Shown: positions 52,744 to 61,369, counted from the first letter of the stretch. The stretch is DNA of 64,000 nucleotides from Pseudomonadota bacterium (GCA_041694935.1 JBGFRW010000021.1:22171-86170), one strand, 5' to 3'. Made by a program: numbers and translations. Notes: generated by a model from the sequence alone, not told the origin.

Positions 52744-53931
52744 ATGGCTATCAAACGTTCACGCTTTTCCCGCCGCACGAAACAGACCCCGGACACCGAG
52801 GAGCTTATCCGCCTGGCCACGCAGTTGAGCCTCTCGGGCAGCCGCATCGAGGACTCGTATTGGGAAAGACGTCTGGCGGCGGTCGCCGACCGGCTGCTGG
52901 ACGGCAACGACGAAGCCGCGCTAAATGCCGCGCTGGATCACCTGTATGGTGCAGGGGGGCGCGCATACGACGAACTGGCCGACATGGTCGAGTTTCGCGC
53001 CGAAGTTCGCCATCATCCAATGGCGGGCCAGGCGACCGGGCTGGATGTACTGCTGTTCGCTGCACCGGTGTTGACCTGGTCGCGCTATGCGATCCCTGCC
53101 GGCCCGATCGCTCCCGAAGTGATAGCGACCCTGAGGGTGCAGTTGCAGGCTCATGTGCTGGCGGCCGATGTTCGTTTCGGCTTGGCCGATTTTCTCTACA
53201 GTCCCGATCAATTGCCGCAGAGTTACTGCGAGACGGCGGCACTTGCCGAAAAGCTGGCAAAGGCTGCCCTCCACGGTCGCGACCTCAAGCTCGACCCCGG
53301 ACAGATGCCGGAGACCATGAATTTTCTTTCCGATACCCGCTATCTGATTGGCGCCATCTGTGTGCCGGCGGGCGGCCCCCTGTTCCGCTGGCAGGAGGAA
53401 GACGGCAGCCGCACCGAGGCCACCAAACAGTGGCGTGCCCAAGGCGGCGAGGCCTTGAGGCCGTTGTTGCCGGCCTGCGCCATCGAGCCCTTGCTGCCTC
53501 AGGCGTTCCATGCGGCGGTGCGCGAGGCGGATCGCGCATCGCGCCCTTATTCCTTGCGCGCGGCGGTCGCCTTCCTGCAGACTACCCTGAACATTTCGGC
53601 CGGTAATCTGCGGGCCGTAGTAGCGCCGTACTACGACCGCCAATTGGAGGAGTTTCGCATCGGCTTCACGCTCGGTGATGCCATCGAGGTGATCCATGGC
53701 GTCGTCTGGCCGTTGCTCGAGAACGAGGACGAGGCGGCGGAAATTCCAGGCCAGATAGAGAATGTGCTGCGCGAGGTCGGTGTGCGCGAGGTGCTGGTCC
53801 TCGATCACCGCTTCCCGCTCGAGTATTGCGACGACTGCGGCGCTCCCCTGTATCCGAATCCCGAGGGTGAGCCGGTGCATGCCGAGTTGCCGGAGCAGGA
53901 AGAGGAATCGATGCCGCGGCACCTGCACTGA
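52744..53931 (+). CDS. Hypothetical protein (395 aa)
   Basis: Long ORF with coding-like composition and no motif I can assign. C-terminal [16 protein letters not shown] segment. Lies upstream of recR. Confidence 0.55.
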   Translation: MAIKRSRFSRRTKQTPDTEELIRLATQLSLSGSRIEDSYWERRLAAVADRLLDGNDEAALNAALDHLYGAGGRAYDELADMVEFRAEVRHHPMAGQATGLDVLLFAAPVLTWSRYAIPAGPIAPEVIATLRVQLQAHVLAADVRFGLADFLYSPDQLPQSYCETAALAEKLAKAALHGRDLKLDPGQMPETMNFLSDTRYLIGAICVPAGGPLFRWQEEDGSRTEATKQWRAQGGEALRPLLPACAIEPLLPQAFHAAVREADRASRPYSLRAAVAFLQTTLNISAGNLRAVVAPYYDRQLEEFRIGFTLGDAIEVIHGVVWPLLENEDEAAEIPGQIENVLREVGVREVLVLDHRFPLEYCDDCGAPLYPNPEGEPVHAELPEQEEESMPRHLH

Positions 53932-53939
53932 GCCCTGCC

Positions 53940-54536
53940 GTGGCCGTTCCATCGAGCCTCGACGAACTGATTGGCGCGCTGCGCTGCCTGCCGGGCGTCG
54001 GACCGAAGTCCGCGCAGCGTATGGCCTACCATCTACTGCAGAATGATCCTCGCGGTGCAGCGCGGCTGGCGGCCGCCCTCGATGGTGCGCTGAAAAACCT
54101 GCGTCGCTGCAGTCGCTGCAACAGCTTCACCGAAGCCGAGACCTGCGAGCGCTGCCTTTCGCCGAAGCGTGACCCTGCGCAGTTGTGCGTGGTCGAAATG
54201 CCTGCCGACATGAACATCATGGAGCAGACGCACGCCTACAATGGCCTTTATTACGTGCTGATGGGGCGGTTGAGCCCTCTCGATGGTGTCGGGCCCAGAG
54301 AACTGGCTTTCGACCGCCTGCTGGCGCGTGCCGGAGACGGTGTGGTGAAGGAGGTCATTCTCGCCACCAATCTGACCCATGAGGGCGAGGCTACGGCGCA
54401 TTACTTGTCCGAAATGCTGCATGCCCGAGGCATCAAGGTCAGCCGCATCGCACGCGGCCTGCCTATCGGCAGCGAGCTCGAATACTCGGATGCCGCCAGC
54501 GTGGCGCAAGCGCTGCTGGAGCGGAGGGACTACTGA
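53940..54536 (+). CDS. recR: Recombination protein RecR
   Basis: 198 aa: [24 protein letters not shown] (HhH), a C4 zinc finger [16 protein letters not shown], and a Toprim domain. GTG start. Confidence 0.95.
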   Translation: MAVPSSLDELIGALRCLPGVGPKSAQRMAYHLLQNDPRGAARLAAALDGALKNLRRCSRCNSFTEAETCERCLSPKRDPAQLCVVEMPADMNIMEQTHAYNGLYYVLMGRLSPLDGVGPRELAFDRLLARAGDGVVKEVILATNLTHEGEATAHYLSEMLHARGIKVSRIARGLPIGSELEYSDAASVAQALLERRDY

Positions 54537-55735
54537 TGAAGCCGCTGGAGGGGGTGCGTGTCGTCGAACTCGGTACCCTGATCGCCGGGCCGTTCTGCAG
54601 CCGCATCCTGGCCGAGTTCGGCGCCGAGGTCATCAAGATCGAGGCACCGGGGGAGGGCGACCCGCTGCGCAAGTGGCGCAAGATGTATCCCGATGCGGCA
54701 AACGGGACATCTTTGTGGTGGCTGGTGCAGGCCCGCAACAAGAAGTCCGTGACGGCCAACCTGAAGCATCCCGAGGGACTGGCGATGGTTAAGCGCCTGA
54801 TCGAGCGGGCCGACATCGTCGTCGAGAATTTCCGGCCGGGAGTCCTCGAGAAACTTGGCCTGGGATGGGAGATACTGTCCGCCGTGAATCCTGGCTTGGT
54901 GATGGTGCGCTTGTCGGGTTTCGGTCAGACGGGGCCGATGGCTCAGCAGCCAGGCTTCGGCGCCATTGGCGAGTCGATGGGCGGGTTGCGCTACGTAACC
55001 GGGTTTCCGGATCGCCCTCCGGTCAAAACCGGCGTTTCGATTGGCGACGGCATCGCTTCTCTGTGGGGAGCGATCGGCGCCCTGATGGCCTTGCGACACA
55101 AGGAAGTGAATGGCGGCAAGGGGCAGATCGTCGATGTCGCCCTCTACGAGGCCGTATTTGCGATGATGGAAAGCATGGTGCCCGAATTCGATGTCTTCGG
55201 CTTCGTGCGCGAGCGTACCGGCAATGTCATGCCGGGGATCACCCCTTCGAATACGCATACAACCAAGGATGACAAGCACGTCATCATCGGTGCCAACGGC
55301 GATGCGATCTTTCGCCGCCTCATGCTGGCGATCGGCCGGCAGGATCTGGCAGAGGATCCTGGACTTGCCGATAATGCTGGACGCGATGCGCGTTCTGCCG
55401 AGCTTTATGGCGTCATCGACGCCTGGGTGGCAACGCAAGATGCCGATGACGTCTTGAAGCTGGCTGCCGAAGCAGGAGTTCCGGCGAGCCGCATTTTCTC
55501 GGTTGCCGATATGTTCTCCGACCCCCAGTATGCAGCCCGCACCATGCTTGAGTGGGCAGCGCTGCCCGACGGCAAGCGCTTCCGGATTCCCGGCATTGTT
55601 CCCAAGCTAGGCGCCACTCCCGGCTCCACCGAGTGGTTGGGGCCGGCCCTTGGCGAACACACGGATGCCGTGTTGAGCGAACTCGGCTATTCCCGCGAAG
55701 AAATCCAAAGGTTGCACCATGATGGTGCAATTTGA
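54536..55735 (+). CDS. CoA-transferase family III protein (CaiB/BaiF-like)
   Basis: 399 aa: [36 protein letters not shown]...ENFRPGVLEKLGLG...GEHTDAVL. Confidence 0.85.
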   Translation: MKPLEGVRVVELGTLIAGPFCSRILAEFGAEVIKIEAPGEGDPLRKWRKMYPDAANGTSLWWLVQARNKKSVTANLKHPEGLAMVKRLIERADIVVENFRPGVLEKLGLGWEILSAVNPGLVMVRLSGFGQTGPMAQQPGFGAIGESMGGLRYVTGFPDRPPVKTGVSIGDGIASLWGAIGALMALRHKEVNGGKGQIVDVALYEAVFAMMESMVPEFDVFGFVRERTGNVMPGITPSNTHTTKDDKHVIIGANGDAIFRRLMLAIGRQDLAEDPGLADNAGRDARSAELYGVIDAWVATQDADDVLKLAAEAGVPASRIFSVADMFSDPQYAARTMLEWAALPDGKRFRIPGIVPKLGATPGSTEWLGPALGEHTDAVLSELGYSREEIQRLHHDGAI

Positions 55736-55843
55736 GGTTTGGGGCCGATAAGCAGGCGGCTGCAGGGCTTTAATACTGAACCTGACTCGGGTACAATTGA
55801 CAGGTTTTCGCATTTGCATTTTCTCTTTCCAGGAAGCCCCACC

Positions 55844-56440
55844 ATGAGTTGTGACCATCAAGTGGATTGCGGCAGACGTCGTTTGCTGGTTGCAACGTCG
55901 GTAGCCGGGGGAGTGGCTGGCGTTGCTGCCGCTATCCCTTTTGTCAGCACCTTTGCCCCCTCGGAACGAGCCAAGTCTGCCGGCGCCCCTGTCGAAGTTG
56001 ATGTTAGCAAGCTTGCTCCCGGTGAAATGATGACGGTCGAGTGGCGAGGCAAACCGGTGTGGATCATCCACCGTACCAAAGAGATGCTCGACGGACTGGC
56101 AAAACTGAACGATAAGATGGCCGATCCGAAATCCGACCGCCAGATGCAGCCAGCGTACGCAAAGAACGAGCACCGCTCGATCAAGCCGGAGTACATGGTG
56201 GCCATCGGCATTTGTACCCATCTGGGCTGTTCCCCGAGCGAAAAATTCAAGACCGGTGCTGAATCTGGCATCGACGCAGATTGGCAAGGCGGTTTCCTAT
56301 GCCCCTGCCATGGCTCGACCTTCGATCTGGCAGGCCGTGTGTACAAAAATAAGCCTGCGCCGGACAACCTTGAGGTTCCGCCGCACTTTTACCTGTCCGA
56401 TGCCAAGATCCTGATTGGCGAAGACAAGAAGGGAGCTTAA
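55844..56440 (+). CDS. petA: Ubiquinol-cytochrome c reductase Rieske iron-sulfur subunit
   Basis: Start at MSCDHQVDCGRRRLL (Tat signal). Rieske boxes CTHLGC and CPCHGS. Confidence 0.95.
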   Translation: MSCDHQVDCGRRRLLVATSVAGGVAGVAAAIPFVSTFAPSERAKSAGAPVEVDVSKLAPGEMMTVEWRGKPVWIIHRTKEMLDGLAKLNDKMADPKSDRQMQPAYAKNEHRSIKPEYMVAIGICTHLGCSPSEKFKTGAESGIDADWQGGFLCPCHGSTFDLAGRVYKNKPAPDNLEVPPHFYLSDAKILIGEDKKGA

Positions 56441-56443
56441 GGC

Positions 56444-57739
56444 ATGGGTGCCGCCACCGAAAAGTATAAATCCGACGGCACGACCGCCGGAAACCTGCTG
56501 GAGTGGGTTGATGCCCGCTTCCCGCTGATGGCTCTGTGGAACGACCATCTGGCTAAATACTATGCGCCGAAGAACTTCAACTTCTGGTACTTCTTCGGCT
56601 CGCTCGCGCTACTGGTGCTGGTGATCCAGATTGTTACCGGCATTTTCCTGGTGATGCATTACAAGCCTGACGCGTCCCTGAACGCATCTGGTGTACCGGT
56701 TGCCTTCGCCAGCGTCGAGTACATCATGCGCGACGTGCCCTGGGGTTGGCTGATTCGCTATTTCCATTCGACGGGTGCATCCGCCTTCTTCATCGTCGTC
56801 TACCTGCATATGTTCCGCGGCATGCTCTACGGTTCTTACCGGAAGCCGCGCGAACTGGTATGGATCTTCGGCGTGCTGATTTTCCTGTGCCTGATGGCCG
56901 AGGCCTTCATGGGCTACCTGCTGCCCTGGGGACAGATGTCCTACTGGGGCGCTCAGGTAATCGTCAACCTCTTCACGGCGATCCCCCTGATCGGTCCCGA
57001 TCTGGGCGTTTGGATTCGCGGCGACTACGTGATCGGCGACGCGACCCTCAATCGCTTCTTCTCCTTCCACGTCATCGCCGTCCCGCTGATCCTGGTAGGC
57101 CTGGTGGCTGCACACATCATGGCGCTGCACGAGGTAGGCTCGAACAACCCGGACGGTGTCGAGATCAAGAAGAAGAAGGACGCGAATGGCATTCCGCTCG
57201 ACGGCATCCCCTTCCACCCGTACTACACGGTCAAGGATATCGTCGGCGTGGTCGTCTTCCTGATGGCGTTCTCCGTCGTCGTGTTCTTCATGCCCGAGGG
57301 AGGTGGTTACTTCCTGGAATTCAACAACTTCTTCCCGGCCGATCCGATGGTGACGCCGCCGCACATCGCGCCGGTCTGGTATTTCACCCCCTTCTACTCG
57401 ATCCTGCGCGCGAATACGATCAACTTCTTCTGGATCGATGCGAAGCTGTGGGGCGTGATCTTCATGGGGCTCGGCGTAGTGATCTTCTTCTTCCTGCCCT
57501 GGCTCGACCGCAGCCCGGTCAAGTCGATTCGTTACCGCGGGCCGCTCTACAAGGGTGCGCTGGCGATCTTCATTGTCTCCTTCTTCATTCTCGGCTACCT
57601 CGGCATGCTGCCGCCGACCGATGGGCGTACCCTGGTTTCGCAGATTTGTACCATCATCTACTTTGCCTTCTTCCTGCTGATGCCGATCTACACATCGCTC
57701 GACAAGTGCAAGGCTGAACCGGAAAGGGTGACGGGATAA
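56444..57739 (+). CDS. petB: Cytochrome b
   Basis: 431 aa: ...IRYFHSTGASAFF...WGAQVI... typical of bc1 cytochrome b. Confidence 0.95.
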   Translation: MGAATEKYKSDGTTAGNLLEWVDARFPLMALWNDHLAKYYAPKNFNFWYFFGSLALLVLVIQIVTGIFLVMHYKPDASLNASGVPVAFASVEYIMRDVPWGWLIRYFHSTGASAFFIVVYLHMFRGMLYGSYRKPRELVWIFGVLIFLCLMAEAFMGYLLPWGQMSYWGAQVIVNLFTAIPLIGPDLGVWIRGDYVIGDATLNRFFSFHVIAVPLILVGLVAAHIMALHEVGSNNPDGVEIKKKKDANGIPLDGIPFHPYYTVKDIVGVVVFLMAFSVVVFFMPEGGGYFLEFNNFFPADPMVTPPHIAPVWYFTPFYSILRANTINFFWIDAKLWGVIFMGLGVVIFFFLPWLDRSPVKSIRYRGPLYKGALAIFIVSFFILGYLGMLPPTDGRTLVSQICTIIYFAFFLLMPIYTSLDKCKAEPERVTG

Positions 57740-58450
57740 ATGAAAAAGCTGCTTCTTGCGCTCCTCAGCGCGCCTCTACTCGCATTTGCAGGCGGTGCCG
57801 AACTGCATTTGGACAAGGCACCCGATCGCTCGCGCGATTTCGCCGCCTTGCAGAATGGCGCCAAGGTGTTCGTCAATTACTGCCTGAACTGCCATTCGGC
57901 GTCCTACTTCCGCTACAACCGTCTGATGGATATCGGCCTGAGCGAACAGCAGATCAAGGACAACCTGCTGTTTACCGCCGACAAGGTTGGAGAGCCGATG
58001 ACCATTGCGATGCGTCGTGCCGATGCCAAGCTTTGGTTCGGAGCGGCTCCGCCTGACCTGACGGTGATCGCTCGTGCGCGCTCCTCTGAGTTTGGTTCCG
58101 GTTCCGACTGGCTGTATACCTACCTGCGCGGCTTCTATCGCGACGATGCCCGTCCCACCGGCTGGAACAACACAGTGTTCGCGAACGTCGGCATGCCGCA
58201 TGTGCTCTGGGAGTTGCAGGGCGAGCAGGCCATGGGCGCAGATCATAAGCTTTCGCTGGCGAAACCCGGCTTGATGAAGCCGGCGGAATACGACGCCATG
58301 GTTGCCGACCTGGTCGGCTTCCTCGCCCATATAGGCGAGCCAATGGCCAACTTCCGCAAGCAGCTTGGCGTCATCGTCCTGATTTTCCTTGCAATCCTGT
58401 TCGTCTTCTCCTATGCACTGAAGCGCGAATACTGGAAAGACGTTCATTAA
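57740..58450 (+). CDS. petC: Cytochrome c1
   Basis: 236 aa with a signal peptide, haem motif CLNCHS and a C-terminal TM anchor. Confidence 0.9.
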   Translation: MKKLLLALLSAPLLAFAGGAELHLDKAPDRSRDFAALQNGAKVFVNYCLNCHSASYFRYNRLMDIGLSEQQIKDNLLFTADKVGEPMTIAMRRADAKLWFGAAPPDLTVIARARSSEFGSGSDWLYTYLRGFYRDDARPTGWNNTVFANVGMPHVLWELQGEQAMGADHKLSLAKPGLMKPAEYDAMVADLVGFLAHIGEPMANFRKQLGVIVLIFLAILFVFSYALKREYWKDVH

Positions 58451-58549
58451 AGTAGAAAGAATGACAAAACAGCCATGGGGCATCGAGATATGAATCCACC
58501 CGTCCGACGCGTGGTGCGTGATTCCGATTATTCCTGGGGAACGAGTGCC

Positions 58550-59146
58550 ATGATGAACTTGTACTCAGGCACTACCTGTCCTTTTAGCCATCGTTGCCGC
58601 ATCGTCTTGTACGAGAAGCAGATGGACTTCCAGGTCATTGACGTTGATCTCTTCAACAAGCCTGAAGACATCGCCGTCATCAACCCTTACAACCGTGTGC
58701 CGGTGCTGGTGGATCGTGATCTCGTGCTTTACGAGTCGAACATCATCAACGAATACATCGATGAGCGCTTTCCTCATCCGCAGCTGATGCCACCCGACCC
58801 CCAGACCCGGGCCAAGGCGCGCCAGTTGCTGCACACGATGGAAATTGAGCTGTTCAGTCACATCGATGCGCTCGAGCGCAACCTCAAGTCGGCTGACAAA
58901 TCCCGCGCGCACATTCGCGACCGGCTGGTCGAACTGGTACCTCTCTTCGCGAAGCAGAAGTTCCTGCTCGGCGACGATTTCTCCATGCTCGATGTCGCCA
59001 TTGCCCCCCTGTTGTGGCGCCTCGACCACTACGGTATCGAGCTGCCCAAGTCGGCGGCCCCGGTCATGAAATTTGCCGAGCGCATCTTCTCGCGCCAAGG
59101 CTTCATCGACGCACTCACGCCGTCTGAAAAGGTGATGCGCCGCTGA
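58550..59146 (+). CDS. sspA: Stringent starvation protein A (GST-like)
   Basis: Start at MMNLYSGTTCPFSHRCRIVLYEK; GST fold. Followed by sspB. Confidence 0.9.
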   Translation: MMNLYSGTTCPFSHRCRIVLYEKQMDFQVIDVDLFNKPEDIAVINPYNRVPVLVDRDLVLYESNIINEYIDERFPHPQLMPPDPQTRAKARQLLHTMEIELFSHIDALERNLKSADKSRAHIRDRLVELVPLFAKQKFLLGDDFSMLDVAIAPLLWRLDHYGIELPKSAAPVMKFAERIFSRQGFIDALTPSEKVMRR

Positions 59147-59170
59147 TCCGCGGCGCATTACCCTTTTTCT

Positions 59171-59596
59171 ATGGTTTCAACCAAGCCGTACTTGATCCGC
59201 GCCATTCATGAATGGTGCTCGGATCAGGGCTTCACGCCCTATCTGGCTGTGCAGGTGGATGAGCGCACGCGCGTCCCGCGCGAATTCGTGCGCGACGGTC
59301 AGATCGTGTTGAACATCAGCCTCGAAGCGACCCATCAACTGGTGATGGGCAACGATGAGATCACCTTTCAGACCCGTTTCAGCGGCACGACTTTCCCGGT
59401 CGTGGTTCCGGTCGATGCCGTTGCAGCTATCTACGCACGCGAAAACGGGCAAGGCATGGCCTTCGAGCCGGTCGCCAGTCCGGCAGGAATGAGCGAGGAA
59501 AAAGTCGGCGCCGGCGATACGGCGCCTGGCGAGCCCGCAAGCCCCGACGAGGGGGGGGGCGGCCGCCGCGGCGGTCATCTGACGCGCATCAAATAG
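59171..59596 (+). CDS. sspB: ClpXP adaptor SspB (stringent starvation protein B)
   Basis: 141 aa: STKPYLIRAIHEWCSDQGFTPYLAV...VLNIS. It has a flexible Gly-rich linker and a short basic C-terminal tail (HLTRIK). The linker contains repeat copy h. Confidence 0.9.
   Translation: MVSTKPYLIRAIHEWCSDQGFTPYLAVQVDERTRVPREFVRDGQIVLNISLEATHQLVMGNDEITFQTRFSGTTFPVVVPVDAVAAIYARENGQGMAFEPVASPAGMSEEKVGAGDTAPGEPASPDEGGGGRRGGHLTRIK
59498..59526 (+). repeat. Dispersed repeat copy h (sense, in sspB linker; EKVGAGDTAP)
   Basis: GAAAAAGTCGGCGCCGGCGATACGGCGCC. Confidence 0.85.
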
Positions 59597-59645
59597 GCCG
59601 GACTTGCCCGAACGGGCTGGACGGCTCTACTATGGCAAAGTAGGG

Positions 59646-59721
59646 TGGCGCCCAAGACAGGAATCGAACCTGTGACCTACCGCTTAGGAGGCGGTCGCTC
59701 TATCCACTGAGCTACAAGGGC
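59646..59721 (-). tRNA. tRNA-Arg (anticodon CCU)
   Basis: Reverse complement folds by hand as a 76-nt cloverleaf: GCCCTTG-TA-GCTC-AGTGGATA-GAGC-G-ACCGC-CTCCTAA-GCGGT-AGGTC-ACAGG-TTCGATT-CCTGT-CTTGGGC-G-CCA. D, anticodon and T arms are canonical and CCA is encoded. The acceptor stem has U5-U68 and U6-U67 mismatches. Confidence 0.85.
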
Positions 59722-59754
59722 GGGATGCTTCGTATTCTAACGGGAACGACTTGT

Positions 59755-59943
59755 ATGGCCCACAACAATGCAACGGATACGCCGGATGAGTCGGTGGGGA
59801 AGGGCGCATCTAACCGAGTCGGGCATCTCGTAGGCTGGGTAGTGCTGGGGATTCTGTTGGGTCTTCTGCTGGTAGCCTTGTTCTTCGCGTATGGCCAACC
59901 CGAGTTGCTGCTCGAACAGATGAATCTGCGCTACTGTGGCTGA
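59755..59943 (+). CDS. Hypothetical small single-pass membrane protein
   Basis: ORF 59725..59943; ATG 59755 (MAHNNATD...) is more plausible because 59725 abuts the tRNA. One TM (LVGWVVLGILLGLLLVALFFAY). Its 3' end overlaps the convergent HDOD gene by 13 nt. Confidence 0.3.
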   Translation: MAHNNATDTPDESVGKGASNRVGHLVGWVVLGILLGLLLVALFFAYGQPELLLEQMNLRYCG

Positions 59944-60818
59944 TCTCCTGCCGGCGCTTGTTCGAGATTGGGAGGAAAGATTGCCTCCAAGTCGAGTCGA
60001 TGGATCAGGGTCTCGTGATTCATGTGCAGCAACTCCTCGATGGCCTTGAAGTCGTCGGGGATTGCTGCGTCGTCCCATCCATTGGCGGAGTGGCGCGCCA
60101 AGTCGACGGCTAACTTCACATTTCGGACCCGCGGGTGCTCAGCATGTTCTGGATCCATCAGCGTGGTCAGGAGGCGCGGCAGGTGCCATGCTTCCGCGAG
60201 TGCCGCCTTGAGGGCATAAAGCGGTACGTTGTAGATCTCGGTCTGAACTGCGACTGAGCGCAGTGTCCGGTCTGCCTTCTGCCTCTCGACGACCCGCAGG
60301 GCAAGCTCAGGCGCGAAACTCCACATGAGGATCTCAACGAAATCGTACAGCAAGGTGGCAACGCTGATTTCATCGACATCGAGATCGTGGCGGTAGATGG
60401 CCCAGTCGCGCGCCCAATGCGTAGCTTTGCGCGCCCGGTTGATGACCTTGAGGAGGCCGAGCAAGGCGCGCGGCTGCGACTTCAGGTGGTCTTCGATGAG
60501 GGGCAGATTCTGGAAATCCTTGAAGAAAGGCTCCATACCGATCATCATCAACGCGCGTTCGATCGTGGTGATGTCGGTCAGCCGGCTCTTGCTGCGCTTC
60601 GATTCGATGTAGGCCAACATCCGCAGCGTCATCATCGGGTCATGCAGGATGACCGAGGAGATCACGCGTGCGTTCGACTTGTCCGCGTTCTCCCGCAATT
60701 CGGCCAGTTGCTGGACTGTATGGCGCAGCACAGGGATATCCGCCTGGACGAAATAAGCGATCCAGGAGTCTTGGTCCGGGAGCGGTGAGGAGATCATTGG
60801 GGCGGCAATCATCTGCAC
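59931..60818 (-). CDS. HDOD-domain signal-transduction protein
   Basis: 295 aa: ...ISSVILHDPMMTLRMLAYIESKR... and HD-related helices (HWARDWAIYRHDLDVDEISVATLLYDFVEILMW), typical of the HDOD family. Confidence 0.75.
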   Translation of the reverse strand: MQMIAAPMISSPLPDQDSWIAYFVQADIPVLRHTVQQLAELRENADKSNARVISSVILHDPMMTLRMLAYIESKRSKSRLTDITTIERALMMIGMEPFFKDFQNLPLIEDHLKSQPRALLGLLKVINRARKATHWARDWAIYRHDLDVDEISVATLLYDFVEILMWSFAPELALRVVERQKADRTLRSVAVQTEIYNVPLYALKAALAEAWHLPRLLTTLMDPEHAEHPRVRNVKLAVDLARHSANGWDDAAIPDDFKAIEELLHMNHETLIHRLDLEAIFPPNLEQAPAGDQPQ

Positions 60819-60883
60819 ATTATCTGTGAAGAAAGGGGAGAGCGGATTAAGCGATCAGCCCGGTTTTGCCTCGGCAGATTCCC

Positions 60884-60912
60884 TTGATATTTGGTGCATC
60901 AAAAGATACAAT
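60884..60912 (+). promoter_or_regulatory. Candidate sigma-70 promoter of the rpsF operon
   Basis: TTGATA (60884-89), a 17-nt spacer, then TACAAT (60907-12). About 75 nt upstream of the rpsF ATG. Confidence 0.5.
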
Positions 60913-60985
60913 TACCGGCTTTTCATCCTTGCCCTACCCGGACCGCATGCGGGGGGGCTCTAACTCAGACCCAAAAGGAGCGTGC

Positions 60986-61369
60986 ATGCGACACTACGAA
61001 ATCGTTTTTATCGTTCACCCGGACCAGTCCGATCAGGTTCCTGCCATGGTCGAGCGCTACAAGTCGCTCGTCACCGGCCGCAGCGGTGCTATTCATCGTC
61101 TCGAGGATTGGGGCCGCCGTCAGCTGGCCTACCCGATCCAGAAGGTGCACAAGGCACATTACGTGCTGATGAACATCGAGTGCGATGGCGAAACGCTGGC
61201 CGAGCTCGAGAACTCCTTCAAGTTCAACGACGCAGTGCTGCGCCATCTGACCGTCAAGATGGACAAGGCCGAGACTGTGGCGTCCCCGATGATGAAGGAA
61301 GAGAAGGCGCGTTCTCTCACGGCTCAAGGCGAAGGCAAGCCAGCCGAGGAAGCAGCCGCTGCCGCCTGA
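60986..61369 (+). CDS. rpsF: 30S ribosomal protein S6
   Basis: Start at [18 protein letters not shown], preceded by AAGGAG. Confidence 0.95.
   Translation: MRHYEIVFIVHPDQSDQVPAMVERYKSLVTGRSGAIHRLEDWGRRQLAYPIQKVHKAHYVLMNIECDGETLAELENSFKFNDAVLRHLTVKMDKAETVASPMMKEEKARSLTAQGEGKPAEEAAAAA

Noticed and set aside
55790-55843. TTGACA at 55796 upstream of petA as a promoter, and the TTTGCATTTGCAT repeat as a regulator site.
   Set aside because: There is no acceptable -10 hexamer at 16-18 nt spacing, and the short direct repeat matches no operator consensus I can name.
59597-60818. Possibility of a genomic island or integrated element at the tRNA-Arg gene.
   Set aside because: There is no integrase, no direct repeat of the tRNA 3' end, and no phage or plasmid genes on either side. 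The neighbours are sspB and an HDOD protein followed by the rpsF operon.
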